This document shows positions 36,107 through 48,336 of a stretch of 64,000 nucleotides of DNA, in pieces. The notes beneath the pieces are model-generated. The model was not told where the DNA came from. It made no database searches and worked only from the letters and a program-made list of their open reading frames with translations. The position numbers and the translations under genes are program-made. Each line of letters opens with the position of its first letter. Position 1 is the stretch's first letter. Origin of the DNA: Utricularia gibba (Eukaryota > Plantae > Magnoliophyta); contig CM007992.1 of assembly GCA_002189035.1 (NCBI GenBank), forward strand, positions 1,240,001-1,304,000, read 5' to 3'.

Positions 36107-38000
36107 ATCCCCCACATATTAGAGAAGCCCTAAGTCATGCAGGTTCTAATGTATGGAGAATGGTATTTTTCGATTATGAACTAATCTCTTGATTTCCTAA
36201 CACATGTATCACTAAGTTGACGGTGAAATTGTATTTTTATAAATCAAATATTGTTTTGTGACACAGAGATATAATCAATCATATCAAACCCACCCCCACA
36301 ATTATTAACTATTTAACGCTCAAGTGCATCCATAAGCCCGATACAACTCATGTTAATTAATAAGTATTCTAGAGACCATATATATCTCATAAGAGTGGCT
36401 ATACTCCACACTTATATAGGTGTCTCTGCCTAACACACCTTGCATATATGTGTTATTAAATTTCATCAGCTATAGAGACATTAAGAATAAGTAATCCTTC
36501 ACTTTATTAGTAGAACACATATTCCATAGGTATGACTACTTTCCAAGAGTTGTATTCTCAGAACTAGTAGTGACTTGTTATTACCCATATGAATGTGATC
36601 AAGGTGTTTCTCCTCTCATAGATTGGGTTACCATCACTGTCGTTTGCTTAACGGTATTAGTCTCATTCCCCTCGAAAGTTTACAGATCTTCTCTCTATTG
36701 TGAGGTTTGGTCAATAGATCGTCCAAATTCATTGACATTCTCACGTATTCAATAGATATCACACAAGTTTTCAACAACTGTTTCAATGTTCCATGCCTCA
36801 GTCGCATGTGTATATTTCTTCCGTTATAGGATCTATTTTTGACTGTGGCAATTGTTGATTGACAGTCACAATGCAGCACCACTGAGAAAGATCTGTGTTG
36901 CTTTAGTGAGATTTCCATCACATAATTTCTCAATCACTCAGCCTCAGTTCTTGCTAGATCTAATGCAATGAACTTAGGTTCTATTGTTGATCTAGTTATC
37001 AAGTTTTGTTTGGTGGATTTTCAAAACACATCTCCTTTGCCCAATGTGAAAATCATTCTATTTGTGGCCTTAGGCTCTTCTGTCTCTGATACCCAACCAG
37101 CATCGTTGTATTCTTCCAGTACAACAGGTTGTTTATGATATTGAATGCCATGGTCAGTTGTCCCTTTGAGGCATCTCAATAACCACCTCACAGTCGCCCA
37201 ATTACTCTCATTTGAGTTGTGTGTGTATCTACTCAGTCTACCCATTGCATATACTATGTCAAGTCGGGTATGATTCATTAGATATATCACATTTCCCATT
37301 ATTTGAGCATATTCAGTTTGGGACATAGGATTATCTCTATTTTTCTTTAAACTAATACTAGGATCATATGAAGTCGTAGTTGATTTCACCTCATGGATGG
37401 AAACCAAACTTTTTTAAGAGTTTCTCAGTGTAATAACTTTGAGTCAGTAGAAACTCTTCTTCATTTATCACAATTTTGATTCTCAATATGTAGCTAGCTT
37501 CTTTCATGTTCATCTCAAATTTAGAGGTTAAAAATTTCTTGACCTCTAGTACAGTACTTATGTTTAGTCCAAAGATCAGCATATCATCCACATAGAGGGT
37601 TATGATCACACATTGATCATTAAAAGTCTTAGAGTAAACACATCTCTTGACTAGATTTGATGTGAAGTCTGATGATATTATGACTTCATTAAATTTCTCA
37701 TGACATTGTGTTAGGTGCTTATTTCAAGCTATACAATGATTTGTTCAGTTGACACACTTTGTATTCATCTCAAGCTTTTATACAACCCTTAGGCTGAAAC
37801 ATGTAGATTTCTTCCTTCAATTCACCATTTAAGAATTTAGTTTTGAGATCCATTTGGTGAACTGTCCACTTATGTGCAGATGCCATTGCAAAGAGTACTT
37901 GTAGGATAGAGAAGTAAACCACTCGGACAAATGTCTCAAAGTAGTCAACACCTGGTTTTTTAGTTAAACCCTTTGCTACAAGACGAGTCGAAATTGAATA
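35592..38000 (-). mobile_element. 5'-truncated, decayed Ty1/copia element (RT, RNase H, long 3' UTR, PPT and 3' LTR)
   Basis: RT motifs are RLVAKGLTKKPGVDYFETF, HQMDLKTKFLNGELKEEIYMFQP, LYVDDMLIFG and PDI-like LDIVYAMGRLSRY. RNase H motifs are LHCDCQSTI and NLDDLLTKP. The PPT GTGGGGGAT (plus 36107-36115) abuts TGTTAG. The left end of the RT is approximate. Confidence 0.88.
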
Positions 38001-38476
38001 AGAAGAATGTCCAATTACTAGATGATAGCTGTTGGGACAAATCGACTGGATGGATATCCAAGCTATGATGTAGAAATTGAAGCAAAAGAAGGAAAGAGAG
38101 AGAAGGCAAAGTCTTCTACTTTCTGAAGATTGCATCTATCATATTGTTGTGAACTAGATTGATTACTCTGGTCATATGGGTTGCTATGTTCTGTTTACTT
38201 TTGTCCTCATTGTTGGGCTTATGTAACAGTTCAAGCATTAGGTATTTAAGTAAGTATATTGTAGAAGTAAATTTGTAATTTTTTGTTTTTTAAATGTAAC
38301 AGCGACGAGGGTTCATTTTGGCTTGAACTATTCTTATTTTCTCTTGTGCTTGCTGTAAGTGTAAATGTTGATTTATTGCTCAAATTTACTTCCTATGCAC
38401 AACATCTACAATAGCATATTCAAACACTCCCAGAAAACAGGTTTGATCAAGCCTTAAAAAATAAAAATAATAAAAA

Positions 38477-39045
38477 GAGGGGTGTTAAGGTCGAAAATCG
38501 GTTCGGTTGGGTTTAACCGATTTGTCAAACACAAATGGAGCTTGAGGGAATCCGATTCACGATATATCAATTTTAAGGTGATGATGAGAACAAGAGAAAT
38601 ATAAAGGCATGGGGGTTTTTGCATGGAAACCACCATGAGACGAAAAAAACCATGATGCTATCGGAGTTCGTTAAAAAAAATGATTTCACTAACGAAGGGG
38701 GAGAAAGATGTACAAGATGGAATGCTGAGAGTTCAACCACTTCTTCTTATTTCCTTATATTTATAGTGGAAGTTGATCTGACCGAGTTCTGTAGCTATCG
38801 GCTACTTTCTACGCCCGGTAACCATATTGTGATCCTGTTGACAAATAACCACCGATTGCGCCGACATTCCTATAATTCGGCTACTTTTCATATTGTCAAA
38901 ATGACTGCTGCTGCCATGCTTTGATACTTATTGGTCTATCATCTTGCAACAGGTTGTCAGGAGCCTTTTGGGACCTTTTTTGACCGATTTCCCCCAAGAA
39001 AAATCGATTTCGTTATTCGCTAACCATAGATTTATGAACACCTTC
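38477..39045. mobile_element. Possible degenerate hAT-like non-autonomous element
   Basis: The left end GGGGTGTTAAGGTCG..CGGTTCGGTT and the reverse complement of the right end, GGTGTTCA, both resemble hAT-type MITE ends. Subterminal AACCG/TCGGT motifs are present. No TSD was found. Confidence 0.3.
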
Positions 39046-40348
39046 CAGGCGTGCCTCCACACAACACATGCCGATTTAAGGCCTATCAAAGGGTATCAAT
39101 GAAGAATTCCAGTTCAGAAATTTGTAAAAATGCTATGCAATGATACCATATTGATTTTGGGGGTGGGGTATTTCAATAGGGATTTCAATCCAATCATTTT
39201 TTTCAGCTCTAGACTGTGGCTGTGAAAAAGGATGAGGATTACTCTCCGTTAGGAGCTGGTGAGATTCAATTGAAATTTTGAGAAGGTGCAGATTATGGAT
39301 TGCAGAAACAACCAAACCTAGAGTCGAATCAATTTGGAGCATTTTTTATGGAGTGGCATATTTTGAAAATTCGAGTTTGTAATAGTAGTATTTCTAAGAT
39401 TTTTTACTTCATTGAAAATCATATAATATCATCACCCCATAAGACAAATACTTGATATTCCCAAATTGTTTTGTAAAATTCCCGGATTTTAACTACATCG
39501 TAATTACATTTTTTTATTTAAAAAATTCCTCAATTTTGAATATTATCACAAATTAATAATAAATTACATTTGATATTTTTAATAAATATTAATGTGTGTT
39601 TTTATTCAATAATTGTTTATATGCATTTGAATCTAACGATATATAGTGAAATATTGTTTGCATAAGTTTATATGTAAGTTCATGTGTATATGACTTTTTT
39701 ACTATATTCTTTAATATTTAATTTGAGATTAATTTTTTTTTTCATAATATTTTCTTTATCAACATAATCTTTAATATCACAAGATTTTAAGAAATGTGAG
39801 ATAATCCAAGAATGACGTCAAGTACCTAAAAAAAAGATTCAATCAGACATCATTGACAAAACACATGTAATCTAATACATCTATAAGACTTATGATCAAA
39901 TGTAGAAAAAATATGAATTATCATAAAAAGTAAAATAGATATAATAGAATGATTGATTATATAGTACTACAAAATGATATATTGTGTTATAATTATTATC
40001 GAATAACAATAATTTAAAATAATACCTCAAAAACTTATGGATTTAGTTTTTAAAGTTTACACACATATGTACATAAGCAAGTTTTAACAAGATGTAATCT
40101 TAATCAAAATCTATTTTTCTATATTTTTTTAAACCATTCTTTTGTTTTTTTATCGTTCATTTTAGATTAGTTTTTAAAAAACTCTAAATAATAAATTCAT
40201 TGTGAAAACGATTTTTATGCATTTGTAAAATTAACATCAAATATTAATGTGTTTATTAAAAAAATTTAAGATAAATTAAAGTTCATTTGTTAACAACACT
40301 GACAACACTGAGTTTACAAATGCAGAAAATGTATTTTACCAATGCCAT

Positions 40349-40356
40349 TATAAATA
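40349..40356 (+). promoter_or_regulatory. Probable TATA box of the DUF1195 gene
   Basis: TATAAATA sits at the AT-rich to GC-rich transition about 330 bp upstream of the ATG, with CCAAT at 40339-40343. Confidence 0.55.
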
Positions 40357-40575
40357 GGGAACTTGTCCTCAAGCCGGCATTCTGTGGCGCCTCCGGATTC
40401 AGAAGAGTTCGTTCGCAGAAGTTGTAGTTGACCTCTGAAAAGCTTGTTGTTGTGGTAGACCACTAGGCTTCCCGGTAGCCGTCGGTGTCCTACTTTAAGC
40501 TCCGCTGCTGAAATATTTGTCGTGTCTTGGTCACTACAAGACCCAATTGAATACCTGAAAGCACCCAATAGCGGC

Positions 40576-40609
40576 ACGGACACGGACGCGGACACGGACA
40601 CGGACACGG
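40576..40609 (+). repeat. (ACGGAC)n hexanucleotide repeat, about 5.7 units with one GCGGAC variant, in the predicted DUF1195 leader
   Basis: Read directly: acggac acggac gcggac acggac acggac acgg. Confidence 0.9.
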
Positions 40610-40679
40610 GCCCCCTCGTCTGCAAGCTTTTGGCATTTCGTCCCTTTGAACCAGTCAGAGATAGACAACAGCCGCAGAA

Positions 40680-41609
40680 ATGAGAGAGGAAAAGCCTCAA
40701 GAGGCATCGTCTTCTAGCAGCAGCAGCAGCACACACTCTGGGCCCAAGGTGAACGCCTGGAAAGGAGGAAGCAGACACTATAAGCTGTGGGCTTTGGGTG
40801 CTATTGTTTTTCTGGCTCTCTGTTCCATCCTCACTACCGGGTCTCTACTCCTCAAGGTCTACGCCCAGGCTGCTTCCTCCTCACAGGATGCTTCTGGCCG
40901 GAAGACAGGCGCCGATCTCGACGTTCTGGTAAACAAACCTCTATATCACTCACAGGCTCCCTCATCTTTTAACTGGAGAGGAAGGGTAGATCATTAGTTT
41001 CGAATCAAGTGCTTTAAAAAAAAACGGTTTTGAAACGAACCCATTTCTCCGATCATTCGGTTTTCTAGTACAGTGAGAGCCTTACCTCAGTTGAGTGCTG
41101 AAAGGCATTGCTCTCATGGTATATAAGAGTTGGGTCCGCCTCGGGGTCTCATCTTGTCCTGATTACAGCGTACCTTTTGTAAGGATGGCTTGCAGTTTTG
41201 TCTTCTTTTGGAGGTTTAGGACTTGGAGGAGAGGGAGAAGACAGTGAAGCAGATGTGGAGTACATACCAGCAGCGCAGCAGCAGCTTGGCACAGGTGCAG
41301 AGCTTCTGGAAAGAGGCGTTTGCAGCGGCCTATGAAGAGCTAACCAGCGATGTCCCCGGCGTCCGTGATGCTGCTGTTGTGGAGATCGCCAAGATGTCGT
41401 TGCGCTCCAGACTCGTCATCTTCCACGACTCACCTCCAGGGTTCGTATGTGCAGTTAAGGAGACTGAGCTACACAGACAACTCACTCTCCTCTTCTTGTT
41501 CCTGTGGCAGATCATTACTCAAAGCACAAGAAGCTCGGCTGAGAAAGGCAAACAGAGGAAGGAAACTGTAGCCTGCCGTGGTAATGCACACTGCACGTCC
41601 ACATCATAA
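40680..41609 (+). CDS. DUF1195 family single-pass membrane protein, 3 exons
   Basis: Exons are 40680-40928, 41220-41444 and 41511-41609. Peptides are YKLWALGAIVFLA, DLDVL|DLEEREKTVKQMW and FWKEAFAAAYEELTSDVPGVRDAAVVEIAKMS. Confidence 0.88.
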
Positions 41610-42306
41610 AATGCATCTACTATTCATACCACACATCTCTAGTCCCCACGGCGAAGCAGTGAGGAGCCCAGAGAGATGCATCTCATCATAACTCATATCT
41701 TCATCCAAACTTATGCCTCATTTCCCTCAATGCTGTGGAGGGATGGATCACACCAATGTGGAGGAGATTTGACCAATATACCAGTTCATCGATCACAGAC
41801 ATCAAAATATGAAACGAAATCTTCAAATGCAGGAAATTTAATGAAGGAATGAAGCATATTCTAGGATCAACATCCCAACTGTCTATACATCTCAATAAGA
41901 GAAATGAAGGCCTCTCTGTTTCTCTGTTCCACATGCAAACTTATTCATTAGGTGTCATTTTCTTCTTTTGACATTTTTTAAATAAAATAAAGTTTAAGCC
42001 TGAAAAAATATGTAAAAGAAATAGCTATAAATCAACCAGATTACTTCTATTTCCTAAAAAAGTTGGGTAATCAAATCAAATCAAATCAATTCGTTATGCA
42101 AGCCGAACTCGATTACATACATCAGACTTCACATTCCATAACAAACCTGGCGTGAAAGAATATAATCCAGTAATAAAAAAGGTGCTCTGATTTCTTTTCC
42201 ATTGTGGAAAAATTGGAGTATCTACGTCCAGTTCCATTCCATTCCACACCCAAATCTGACGGACAACCCCGCAAGATGAAACGCATTGAGACGATGATGG
42301 GAAGCA

Positions 42307-42699
42307 TCAGAAAATACCTCTGAAGAGAAACCCCCGGAGGCAGGATTGATAATGTGCCATGACAAGTACTAAAACGACGGCAAACGCCATCAGTCCCCAC
42401 GGTGGAGAAGTTGTCCCTGCGCTGGCAACAAACATTGTCCGCCATGCTTCGCTCTGGGAGCTGGACCATAGAGCAGCCATAAGGTTGATCACCAGGACCC
42501 CAACTACAGGCACCACAACCAACCCAAATCGAACCAAGCTTCTTGTTGCCTCCATTCTCTCCTTCAATTGCAAATAGAGGGTTAAGTATACAAGTCCCAC
42601 AAGGATGACTGAAAACACCACTACTTGCACTGGCACTGGCCTTCTTATTGATTCTAGCACTTCATCTCTTGATAGCCAACCCATATCTTGTATCAACAT
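42307..42699 (-). CDS. Small multi-pass membrane protein of an uncharacterised plant family (xGxSPWG..hhhSYQS type)
   Basis: A 130-aa intronless ORF with three hydrophobic segments. The C-terminal AGTTSPPWGLMAFAVVLVLVMAHYQS resembles the AGGSPWGV..MISYQS motif of a known family of small plant TM proteins. The start may be 42699 or 42684. Confidence 0.7.
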   Translation of the reverse strand: MLIQDMGWLSRDEVLESIRRPVPVQVVVFSVILVGLVYLTLYLQLKERMEATRSLVRFGLVVVPVVGVLVINLMAALWSSSQSEAWRTMFVASAGTTSPPWGLMAFAVVLVLVMAHYQSCLRGFLFRGIF

Positions 42700-43481
42700 G
42701 CGCTACTTCACTGATTGGAATGGAACGGGGAAATCATTGATTATTTATCGTCCAGTTTTTCAATGAGGGAAAAAAGATAACATGATATTCCTAAGATTAT
42801 TCTTGGTAACTGTGCTAATTTTCCTATAGATGCATGTCCCTTGTGCGTAATGTATTTTACCTTGCATGAGCTAAATAACGAATACTTACAAGAAAGCGGA
42901 GAGCCAGAAAGCGCTGGAGTTAGGGATCACACATCCATCAGCACACATGAGATCGTAATATACAGAGTATGTAGAATGTAAATAAAGGACGATCTGAGTA
43001 GTAAGCTAACCGCAAAAGGAAATTAGTTAGGCAATAACAATCTGTAGAAATAGGATCCGAGGTGGAATTTTTTCCCAAGATATGAATGCAAGAAGAAGAG
43101 GAATCCTACCATGCTCTTGGAGGAAGAAAACATTGACACTCCAATACATCCATCTCGAACATGCTCATTATCCTGTACTCAATAAATGGATAAAACAACT
43201 TAACACAACATTGGAACCTGGAAAGGTTTAAATTCTGTTTCTAAATCAACACGTTTATGCAACCCAACTTAATGGAAATAATCTCAGGCTTTATTAGATA
43301 TAAAATGCCAGTAAGAACAATAAGACCATCATCACGATGTGCTACTCCTAAAGTATTTGATGGAGGCAAAAAAAAAAGTGCCATTCTCTTCACCAATGTT
43401 GAGTTCAACGGCCCCCTTCAGAAACAACAGACAAGACAGAAAACTGTACAATGACGATCGATACACATGCAAAGTCTTAGG

Positions 43482-46400
43482 TCACTGCTGATTGTTTTGA
43501 TTGCAGAACTTCTTGAAGTTAAGGGCCTCATCTGTCAGAAAGTCACTGAAACAAGAAACCGAGGGGGTGGGGGGTGGGGAATGTCGTCTGTCAGGATCCA
43601 CAGTGTATGAAGTCGGCCAGTGTTTGCTGAGAAAAAGATGAAGTTACTCACAAGATTCGTTCTGCCATTTCTGATGCTTCCCATCTCGGACTCCATGGGA
43701 AATCTGTAAGGATAGGCGACTTCATTGGCACACCTTGCGAATTCAAGTGCTGCATATGAATAGGACCAGTTCGTGTTCAGTTAAGATCAGGAACATGCAC
43801 CAGGAATCTGTAGCATTTGAGGCACATATGCTTGAATCTCATAACATAGACCATTATGATGAGTTGATCAAGCCTAGGACTACATGAAAGATACAAATTG
43901 GCTTAAAAATTCGTTGCCCAACTTTCTTGGAAACCGGGTAGGGATATCTCCTTGCAAGTCCCATTAAATATATGTTTTTTTACAAAAATATATTTCATAC
44001 TATTTTCAAAAAAATAACAATGCATAATAACAATTATATGCAAAATTATATTATTAACATACACTCAAGGACCGACTAATCTAATTTTAATCAACACATT
44101 GAAACATTTGATCCCATGCTTAGTTTTCAAGAAACACTGGTTAGAATACACAGTTCAATTTTTTGAAACCGTGCAATATACAGACGTGCACACCTGTGAA
44201 CTTTGTAGAGATATCGTTGGTTGCTGCTTTGGAAATTGTAGGGGAAGGGAAAAATGAACCTGTAGCAAACAAGAAAGTCAACAGTTTCTATAATGTTGGG
44301 AAAAGTACCGAAGGGCACATGGATACCTATCTTACCAGAAAGGTAAAGCCTGCTGCAGAAGCCAAGAACGATCCTCTCCTGCAGAAAACCTGGAAATCCA
44401 AAGACATATTGAAGCTTATTCTCGAATCCACTAAAGATTAATTTTTCAAAAGCAGACTATGAACCGTATCAGCTTCTAAGGGTCTTCCAAAATGTGGTGC
44501 CAATGCAGTAATGAATTTCCTCCTAGTTTCCACAGATGATACAGCATCCTGAATCTGTCAAAACTAAAGTGAAAAATCAGCAACAGAAAATATTATCGAT
44601 CAAGGCAATTTATTTCACCAAAACTCTTGATCCTGTTACTAACAAATGCAAGATAACACGTGAACACAGAACCTGTGATGTAAGCATCTCTTCTAAAGTG
44701 GGAAGATACTCAGCCATGCACCTGAAAATGAATGAAATAAGTGCTTTTTCTTTCAAGGTCATTGATGCAAGTCAACGGCATGCACCTGATTTATGGAAGA
44801 AGCAGCAAAAACAAATGACAGAGGAACAATTACATATCCATTTATGTACCAATGAAATAGCTCGAAACTTACATTCCGTCCAACCAAGGAGGAAGTTTGA
44901 AATCATCAATTGAGAATAAATGCTTCAACTCTGCAGAGGAGATCAACTTAAGACGTGGTGGAGGAGCTGCAGATAACTTTTTACCAACTGGGAATATGAC
45001 CTGAATCGATACAACAAAATGGTGATCAGCAAATATACTCTGAAACATTAAGAAAACCAAGTTGCATGCTATGCAGGCATTGCCTAAACTTCATGCACCC
45101 ACGCTACATAAAATGATCACACACTTTTTCTCTCACAAGTGATATCCAAAAAATTTCTGGTTTCAATAATCATTCTCAGAAAATAATGAATAAAAAAATT
45201 ATTTGAATAAAAGTTAATTAATGTATCTGCAACCATAAATATATTGAGAACTTTTCTACTACTTGACTATTCAACAACTTGTATAGTAAGAAACATAACT
45301 GGCTGACAGGCTTGTACTGAAAATGACCAGAGGATGCGCATTATGACTAATATAACATTTTCTTTTTGTGAAAAAAAAAATCGAGAAAGTACAGCTGAGC
45401 CAACCTGTAAGTGTATCTTCTGTGGATATTTCCACGTACAACCAGCAACCAATTTATCAAAAGCCATATCCAGTAAAGGTATGGCAAATTTAGCCTCCTG
45501 GAGCAAGGGAATAGCCCAAAGGAAGAGTTAACTCACGTTGACACCAATTCAGAAAAACATTGAAAGTAAAATTCGCCGTGGAATCATTCTTTTATACCTT
45601 TTCACTGCCTGAACTCATGTAAATTTCAATACCCTGGAAAATTAGAAAAACAAAAACACAACATAGGAGCTCAAGTTGCCTCTCATAAGAACGCAATAGG
45701 AAACACAACATGAAATGTTAAAGAGCAAAAGAGTTTGACAGTATGTAACTGATAGTCTACATAGAACTCATTCGAAAAAATATGAAAATTACCTCTCTCA
45801 TGAGCATAGTGTTAATCTCAAATTTCAATCTATCATCACCAAGCTCTCCTATTCGCCTTTTTTGGTAAGTGGCATATGCCTCCCTAGGATGTAAATTCCA
45901 AAAAAAAGTCATTTCTTTTAGGCTTTGAATTTGATACGTTCGTTGAATCATTAAATATGAGTTACACAAGATTAATGGAGAAAATCTAAAGAATCAGAAA
46001 TACCACACAGCATAAGTTAGATAAGCTGCATACGCTCAGAACACAAATATACGTTAAATAGTTGAATATGCCAAGAAGATACTAAATTATAGACACGACA
46101 TGTAGTATTTCGTATAAGTAACCTCCTGTACCATATTCCAGCATCATCAGACACTTAAAAGGAAAAAAGAAACGCACATCCTCTGCGTAAACGACAACTA
46201 TCAGGTAATAGAAGTTAACCTGAGCCCAACAATAAGAGAGAGCAAGCGACTAGGATCCTTGCTGTCCCAGTCCAATAGGCTGTTTGTACGGGATTTTTCA
46301 TCCCCTTCAGAAAACGGCTGAAACATTTCATCTTCTGGCCCAAATATAACATCTGGCTCCGCCAATGGATACATAGCGTTGAAAATTATATCCCCTAATT

Positions 46401-46731
46401 TCAACATTCAAAATGCAGTCACACATAACGGGTTGAAACCAAGAAAACAACGATGGAAAAAAGAGGGAAAGATAAAACCACCAGACTAACATTTGATGTA
46501 GTCAAGGCAATACGGGATGATAAGTGTGAGGCGATCAAGCAGTCTCGGATCTTTGTTTCCAGACCACATTTTTTCCACCTGCAACACTCCGTTTTCTTTA
46601 CCATTTCGTGAAACTGCCCCTAAATCTGTGATAACTTGTCCGATTAAGCGTACCTTAACTGAGAAAGGGCAGTGGCTGATGAGATGGTTCAATTGGGCGC
46701 AAATAAACGGAGGCACAGTGTCGATCGCCAT
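43482..46731 (-). CDS. BABAM2: BRISC and BRCA1-A complex member 2 (BRE/BRCC45) homolog, many small exons
   Basis: Exon peptides include MAIDTVPPFICAQLNHL, LDRLTLIIPYCLDYIKWDIIFNA..PDVIFGPED, DDRLKFEI, FAIPLLDM, PRLKLISS..LPPWLDGMCMAEYLP, FGRPLEAD, FPKQQP, PWSPRWE and LNFKKFC. All junctions I checked are in phase. Confidence 0.88.
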
Positions 46732-47506
46732 AGCTGGGTCTCCGTCCACTTCAGCTGCAGAGTGAATTTTCAGTTTCACCGGTCTATCTGAGCCATCAAC
46801 GAGAAACCAAAAAGGCGAATAAAAAACTCATTTGTAGGACAAAACCCCTAATTCGACAGCATGCTAACGACTAAGTACATTTTTTTTGGTGATCGATGGA
46901 CATTAGAAAAAAGGGCCACCTCGCACGCAACTTGATGTAATATGTGTAACGTGATATATTTATAACCGTTTGGATCGACTAAATCTACAATATCCCATTT
47001 CGAAACTTATTTCGAATCTGATAGATTAAAAATTCTTTCATACTCGAAAAAAGATCGTGAAATATTTAATCAATAATTCATTATAGAAGTTTCATTTAGA
47101 AAAATGGATATTGTTACTTTGTCTTACATATATTAAAATAAAAAAAATTATACACAGAATATTCACTTTTATCACATAATTTTTTATATGTAACCCTTAT
47201 TCTAATATACTCTATTGCAAAGATGATCCATATGTTACGAATTGATACTTTGTATATTTTGATATTAATAAGATATCATTCAGATTGTTTGAATTTACGA
47301 GATTGTGTATGAAAAAAATGACTACATTATAACATGATCTAGTAATGAGGGTGGGCATATGATAAATGTATGGTAGATTGAGGATCAGAGTTTTATTAAG
47401 GTCTTTTTAAAAATTATTAGGGAATTTTTTTAATATTCTTATTTATATATTTCCTTCTTTTTGGCAAAAAAATAGTTCAATTTAATCTGATCTTATCCTG
47501 CTGGAA

Positions 47507-47975
47507 ATGGCTGCAGTTTGTTGCTCAACACTGAACTGCGCGGCGGCAGTATCCATCAGATCCCCAACCAAGAAGCGTGGACTCGGGAAACCTCCCTCCT
47601 TGAGAGTAACGCTGATGGCCGAGAATCATTCAGGCATCGAGATCGTAAGGAACCCACCGGAATCCCACCTCTCCGACCTTGGAGTTCGCGCCTGGCCCAA
47701 GTCTGTAATGTGTATTTCGGTTACCCTGATTCCTGAATCCGTCCTTTGTTTGATTTTGATTTGGGGCCAGGTGGGGGTGCCCCCCAAGCAAGTTTCCATG
47801 GACTTACTCCGCCAAGGAGACGTGCTATCTTTTGGAGGGGAAGGTGAAGGTTCTACCAGACGGCGCCGATGAGGCCGTGGAGATCGCCGCTGGAGACCTC
47901 GTCGTCTTCCCGAAGGGCATGAGCTGCACCTGGGATGTCTCCGTCGCCGTCGATAAGCATTACAAATTTGACTGA
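47507..47975 (+). CDS. RmlC-like cupin (DUF861/Cupin_3), probably plastid-targeted, 2 exons
   Basis: Exons are 47507-47700 and 47771-47975. The protein reads NPPESHLSDLGVRAWPK|WGCPPSKFPWTYSAKETCYLLEGKVKV..GDLVVFPKGMSCTWDV. Confidence 0.92.
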
Positions 47976-48336
47976 TGCATCGCAGCTTCCTTCAACCTTC
48001 AATGGCTGTCTTGCACAAGATGCTTATGTACCAAGATTCCACTTATACTCATGGGTGGTGTTGTTTAGAGCTTTGGGAAGGGCAATGGAACTATGAAAAA
48101 ATCTTTGAGATTTGAGAATCATCACTGTGATTGCATCTCCCTCTCTTCGTATTGGGTTTAGAGTACAAGTATCCTCCCTATGTATCAACTACCTGAAACT
48201 AAAACATGGAGAAACATAACAGTTTGTTTATCTCTCCGATCTAACCACAAGAATGAAGTAGCCTAGCAGCTTCTGTGAGACAAGCCACCAGCTGCTTCTA
48301 CTCACTACTCACTCAAGCTAATGGGAGAAGCAAGTA

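Noticed and set aside
40314-40778. 154-aa minus-strand ORF overlapping the DUF1195 leader
   Set aside because: It is a shadow ORF; its SVSVSASVSV stretch is just the translated hexamer repeat.
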